The notes under the pieces were generated by a model that was not told the origin of the DNA, did not search any database, and saw only the letters and a program-made list of their open reading frames with translations. Shown piece after piece: positions 59,930 to 64,000 of a DNA stretch of 64,000 nucleotides. The stretch is from Eledone cirrhosa (Eukaryota), in the NCBI GenBank assembly GCA_964016885.1, contig OZ024753.1:12400001-12464000 (forward strand), read 5' to 3'. Numbering within the stretch: position 1 is the first letter of the stretch; each line of letters opens with the position of its first letter. Made by a program: the position numbers and the translations under genes.

Positions 59930-61017
59930 GAAAAGATAACCTCATGATAAACTAAGCACTGTGTATGAGCAGCATATTTTGCAGGGAAATCGTGTCATTT
60001 TATTATTAAAGCTTACAGTAGTATGCATGGCTCCGTAACTCCTGGGAGAGTCGTAGGAGCGCCATATTGACATACAGCGTTTCTTGGGGCATTTGCTTTT
60101 AACCTGGTGGAGCCCATCTCCTCTCCATGTCTGAATATAGCAGATTTATTCCAAAGAAAGATAGAAAGTGAGTGAGTGGAAATGAGAAAGATATAGAGAT
60201 GAATCGACCCTAGAACTTGAATGATACATTTTTATTGACCTCAAATGGATGAAAGGTAAATTTGACCTCGGTGGGATTTGAACTCAAAGAACAGAGAGGC
60301 GAAAGAAATACTGCAAAGCATTCTAGCTGACGTTCTAACGAATCTGCCAATCGCTGCTTTTGACTGTAGTACTCAATGCAAATAATTTACTAACAAGAAA
60401 TAATTGTTTCTATCTTTCGCACAAGCCACCGTTACTGATACTAGTAGAAAAACCACCTTTCTGCTAGCATGTGTAGTGTGTATATTGATATTATACGCAA
60501 GTATATATACATGTAGATATGATACATCAAATAAAATCGTAATTGACAATATACACAGAAATTGAACGAAGACGTTGTTACACAGTCTTATGTAATCAGT
60601 AACGTAATCCATGATACATTAAAAAAAGACGATATTATAATATAAACTGCATTAGGAGAAAATTAGTATGTTTATCTAAGTGAACGCCACCGGAAATGTT
60701 GACACCACACACTCTCTCTTTCTATATATATGGTAGTTGAAATGGTGGTGGTGGCAACGATATACCGGAAGTGAAACTTTGGAAACAAGTCAATTTTAAA
60801 TTATTTATTTTTACGAAATTCTTTTTGTTTACGAAATTTAGTAGATAAATTATGTAATATTCATTCATTATTTATTCCAAGTACGACTCTCCGAGGAGTT
60901 ACGGAGCCATGCATACCACGGTAAGCTGATGTCACTTTAATAATAAAATGACACGATTTCCCTGCAAAATATGCTGCTCATACACAGTGCTTAGTTTATC
61001 ATGAGGTTATCTTTTCT
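59930..61017. mobile_element. MITE-like element with ~125-bp terminal inverted repeats
   Basis: 59930-60055 is the reverse complement of about 60882-61017; the non-coding interior contains a SINE. Confidence 0.65.
60195..60355 (-). mobile_element. Diverged SINE
   Basis: GGATGAAAGG...GGGATTTGAACTC. Confidence 0.7.
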
Positions 61018-61020
61018 ATA

Positions 61021-61602
61021 GGGCGGTGGATTGGCAGTATCGGTAGAGGGTCGGACGCCATGCTTTCCAGCAGAGTTACGTCCCTTTACGATCTGAGTTC
61101 AAATCCCGCCGAGTTTGACTTTGCCTTTCTTCCTTACGGGGTCGATAAAATAAAGTACCAGTAATGCACTGGGTAATTGCTGGCCTTGTGCCTAAAGTAG
61201 ATACAATTATTTATTCAAAGTAATCCAACTTATTTTACAAATGGGATAAAAAAATAAAAAAACCGTACGCAGTCCCGCAGACCTTCCTTTATCGACCTCG
61301 TATGAATGGAATTTTAATCTAATCTCGGCGTGATTCGAACTCAAAACGTAAAGCGACGTAAAGCAAGTTGTCGACGCTCTACCAATACTGCCAATTATGG
61401 TTTCTGATTTAGGCAACAATTTTAGGGAGGGGAAAGTCAATTAAATCGATCCCAGTGTGTTATTGGTGTTTTATCTTATCGACCTTGTGAGGATGAAATG
61501 CAAAGCTAATCTCAGCAGGATTTGAATTCGGGGAGTAAATGGAGGGACATATATACCGCAAAGCCTGTTGTGCGACGCTCTACCGATAATGCCAATCCAC
61601 CA
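61021..61602. mobile_element. SINE cluster: 61021-61207 (+), about 61285-61395 (-), about 61397-61602 (-)
   Basis: Family motifs in each copy. Confidence 0.8.
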
Positions 61603-61987
61603 CACTAATACTGTCCATAATAGAAAAGACACCCAGATTTAGAAAACTCCAGAGACACATAGAAATAGAAAACTCCAAAATTAAAACTACATTATAACAG
61701 CCTCGTGTAATATGTAAGACATTCGGGAAATAATTCTGAGACAATGAATAAAATGTTATTAATGATATTAATATAGAATCCAATATAAATTGTTGCAGAG
61801 TTGCTGGAAGAGAGTTAATCAATGTATTAGTCGTTTTGCATATGCATTAAGTTATATTCTGATAAAGTCCTAAATTAATACTTGCAAGAATGTACAAGTA
61901 GTTAACAAAAATATGCGAGTCCAGATTATCTCAGTCGAAATCCAAAATACATCAGAATGATACGATGTACCCATATACAAAATAAAC

Positions 61988-62082
<95 letters not shown>

Positions 62083-62115
62083 GAGTTTATGTTGGTTGTG
62101 TACCAACACCTCAGG

Positions 62116-62152
<37 letters not shown>

Positions 62153-62186
62153 TTACAATAATCAAAGTTCAGTTTAAGTCATTTAT

Positions 62187-62235
62187 TTGCTTACAATTGT
62201 TTCCTCCAAACCGAGGTTTGGATTCTTCGGAGCAA
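62187..62235 (-). ncRNA. Variant hammerhead (CCGAAGA core), family H
   Basis: TTGCT-CCGAAGA-A-TCCAAAC-ctcg-GTTTGGA-G-GAA-ACAATTGT-A-AGCAA. Confidence 0.68.
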
Positions 62236-62309
62236 CTATTTACTGATCTATAACATACTTGACCTCCTTTTCAACCCAAGAGACATATAAAACATATATA
62301 TATGTATAT

Positions 62310-62722
62310 GCAAAAGTTTTATTTAAAGTTGTTGGGTTACAACAAGTAAATATTTTATAACCGATATAAAGCACTCGACAAGTTTTTGGAGTAGATATAC
62401 GATATTAAACAAATGGAAACTATATTTATAAAACCATATTTATTTCATTATACATATTTCAGGGATACCATAATAAAAATAGGGCATGCCTTCGTCAGAT
62501 AAAATACAATATATAAGCAGTTTTATAAATAATTTTGACGTACCATAAATCTTAATGGTCGCTTATATTTATGGTACGTCAAAATTATTTATAAAACTGC
62601 TTATATATTGTATTTTATCTGACGAAGGCATGCCATATTTTTAATATGGTATCCCTGAAATATGTATAATGAAATAAATATGGTTTTATAAATATAGTTT
62701 CCATTTGTTTAATATCGTATAT
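62310..62722. mobile_element. Palindromic family B pair, HHRs at 62441-62506 (-) and 62611-62676 (+)
   Basis: Arms about 62395-62550 and 62567-62722 with a 16-nt spacer; CTGACGA cores. Confidence 0.88.
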
Positions 62723-63016
62723 ATATATATATATATGGACGTTTATTTTGTATATGGGTACATCGTATCATTCTGATGTATTTTGGATTTTGACTGAGAT
62801 AATCTGGACTCGCATATTTTTGTTAACTACTTGTACATTCTTGCAAGTATTAATTTAGGACATTACCAGAATATAACTTAATGCATATGCAAAACGACTA
62901 ATACATTTATTAACGCTCTTCCAACAACTCTGCAATATATCTTAACACTATGACTTACTAAAGTAAACAAATCACTATTCTGATGGCCTCCAAAAGCAAC
63001 GGTCAATTTTTAAAGG

Positions 63017-63155
63017 GGTACGTCAATGTCTATTTATAAAACTGTTATATATTGTATTTTGTCTGATGAAGGCATACCATAATGTAACTTGGTATCCTTG
63101 AAATATATATAATGAAATAAATATGGTTTTATAAATATAGTTTCCATTTATTAAT

Positions 63156-63159
<4 letters not shown>
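63017..63159 (+). mobile_element. Short family B element with HHR at 63055-63119
   Basis: CTGATGA-AGG-C-ATACCA...TGGTAT-C-CTT-GAAATATATATA-ATGAAATA; followed by (TA)n. Confidence 0.85.
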
Positions 63160-63200
<41 letters not shown>

Positions 63201-63204
<4 letters not shown>

Positions 63205-63411
63205 TTAATATAGATGAGTTTCTACAGGACTAGAACTTTTTCATTCTTGAGAAATCATCAGGAATCTGCAGATTCAAGTTGATTTCTCAAGAATGAAACA
63301 GTTCTAGTCCTGTAGAATCTCATCTATATTAAAACTTTTATACTCTGCTATGTATTGAGTACCTAACTTACTGTTGTTACCTCAGATTCAACCAGGAATA
63401 ACTTACCTATA

Positions 63412-63412
<1 letters not shown>
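63201..63412. repeat. Family C element with 5' inversion
   Basis: About 63201-63256 is the inverse of about 63281-63336; tail homologous to 51571-51697; (TA)n flanks. Confidence 0.75.
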
Positions 63413-63467
<55 letters not shown>

Positions 63468-63536
63468 AGCACACTAATGCGCACACTCAAAAACACACAT
63501 ATAGACACACACACACACAAACACACACACACACGC

Positions 63537-63603
<67 letters not shown>

Positions 63604-63674
63604 TATACGAGTGTTTCTTTACATATGTGTATATATACATGTATATTTATGTTGAGAGAAAAGTGACGTCGAGC

Positions 63675-63721
<47 letters not shown>

Positions 63722-64000
63722 AAATATAGATATTTTCTCGTTTCATTTCTCTCTCTCTTTCTAACCTTCTAGAGAAGGTTAGAAAGAGAGAGAGAAATGA
63801 AACGAGAAAGAGATATAGAGAAAGAATATACCCCAGTACTGGACTAGTAGTTTTTTTAGCGACCTCGAGCGACTTAGAATAGTCATGTAATTCGTTACAT
63901 TTCACATATAAAAAGAAATATATAATGATTACTGTTTAGAGGACATAAATTGTTTGGTCATTCAAACGGTATGGAATGTCTGCGAGACGAGCTAAAGCTA

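Overview
This is AT-rich, microsatellite-dense eukaryotic DNA with a 200-N gap at 24701-24900. The repeat content suggests a mollusc, probably octopus (inference). I found no convincing host protein-coding gene; almost all ORFs in the track are translations of (TA)n, (GA)n or (GTT)n repeats. The window is a mosaic of retroelements: one 5'-truncated Penelope-like element (PLE; RT plus C-terminal GIY-YIG) bracketed by ~0.9-kb inverted arms, fragments of CR1-like, RTE, Tx1/L1, CRE and R4/Dong-like LINEs, and many tRNA-derived SINEs. The main hidden signal is about 20 minimal type I hammerhead-ribozyme (HHR) motifs in about 9 short non-coding repeat families. They mostly sit in or next to (TA)n tracts and are often arranged as outward-facing inverted pairs. 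Most have palindromic stem III (dimer-type HHRs), several show compensatory base changes between copies, and two families have variant cores (U3-A8; U4C). All folds were worked out by eye and none has been tested.
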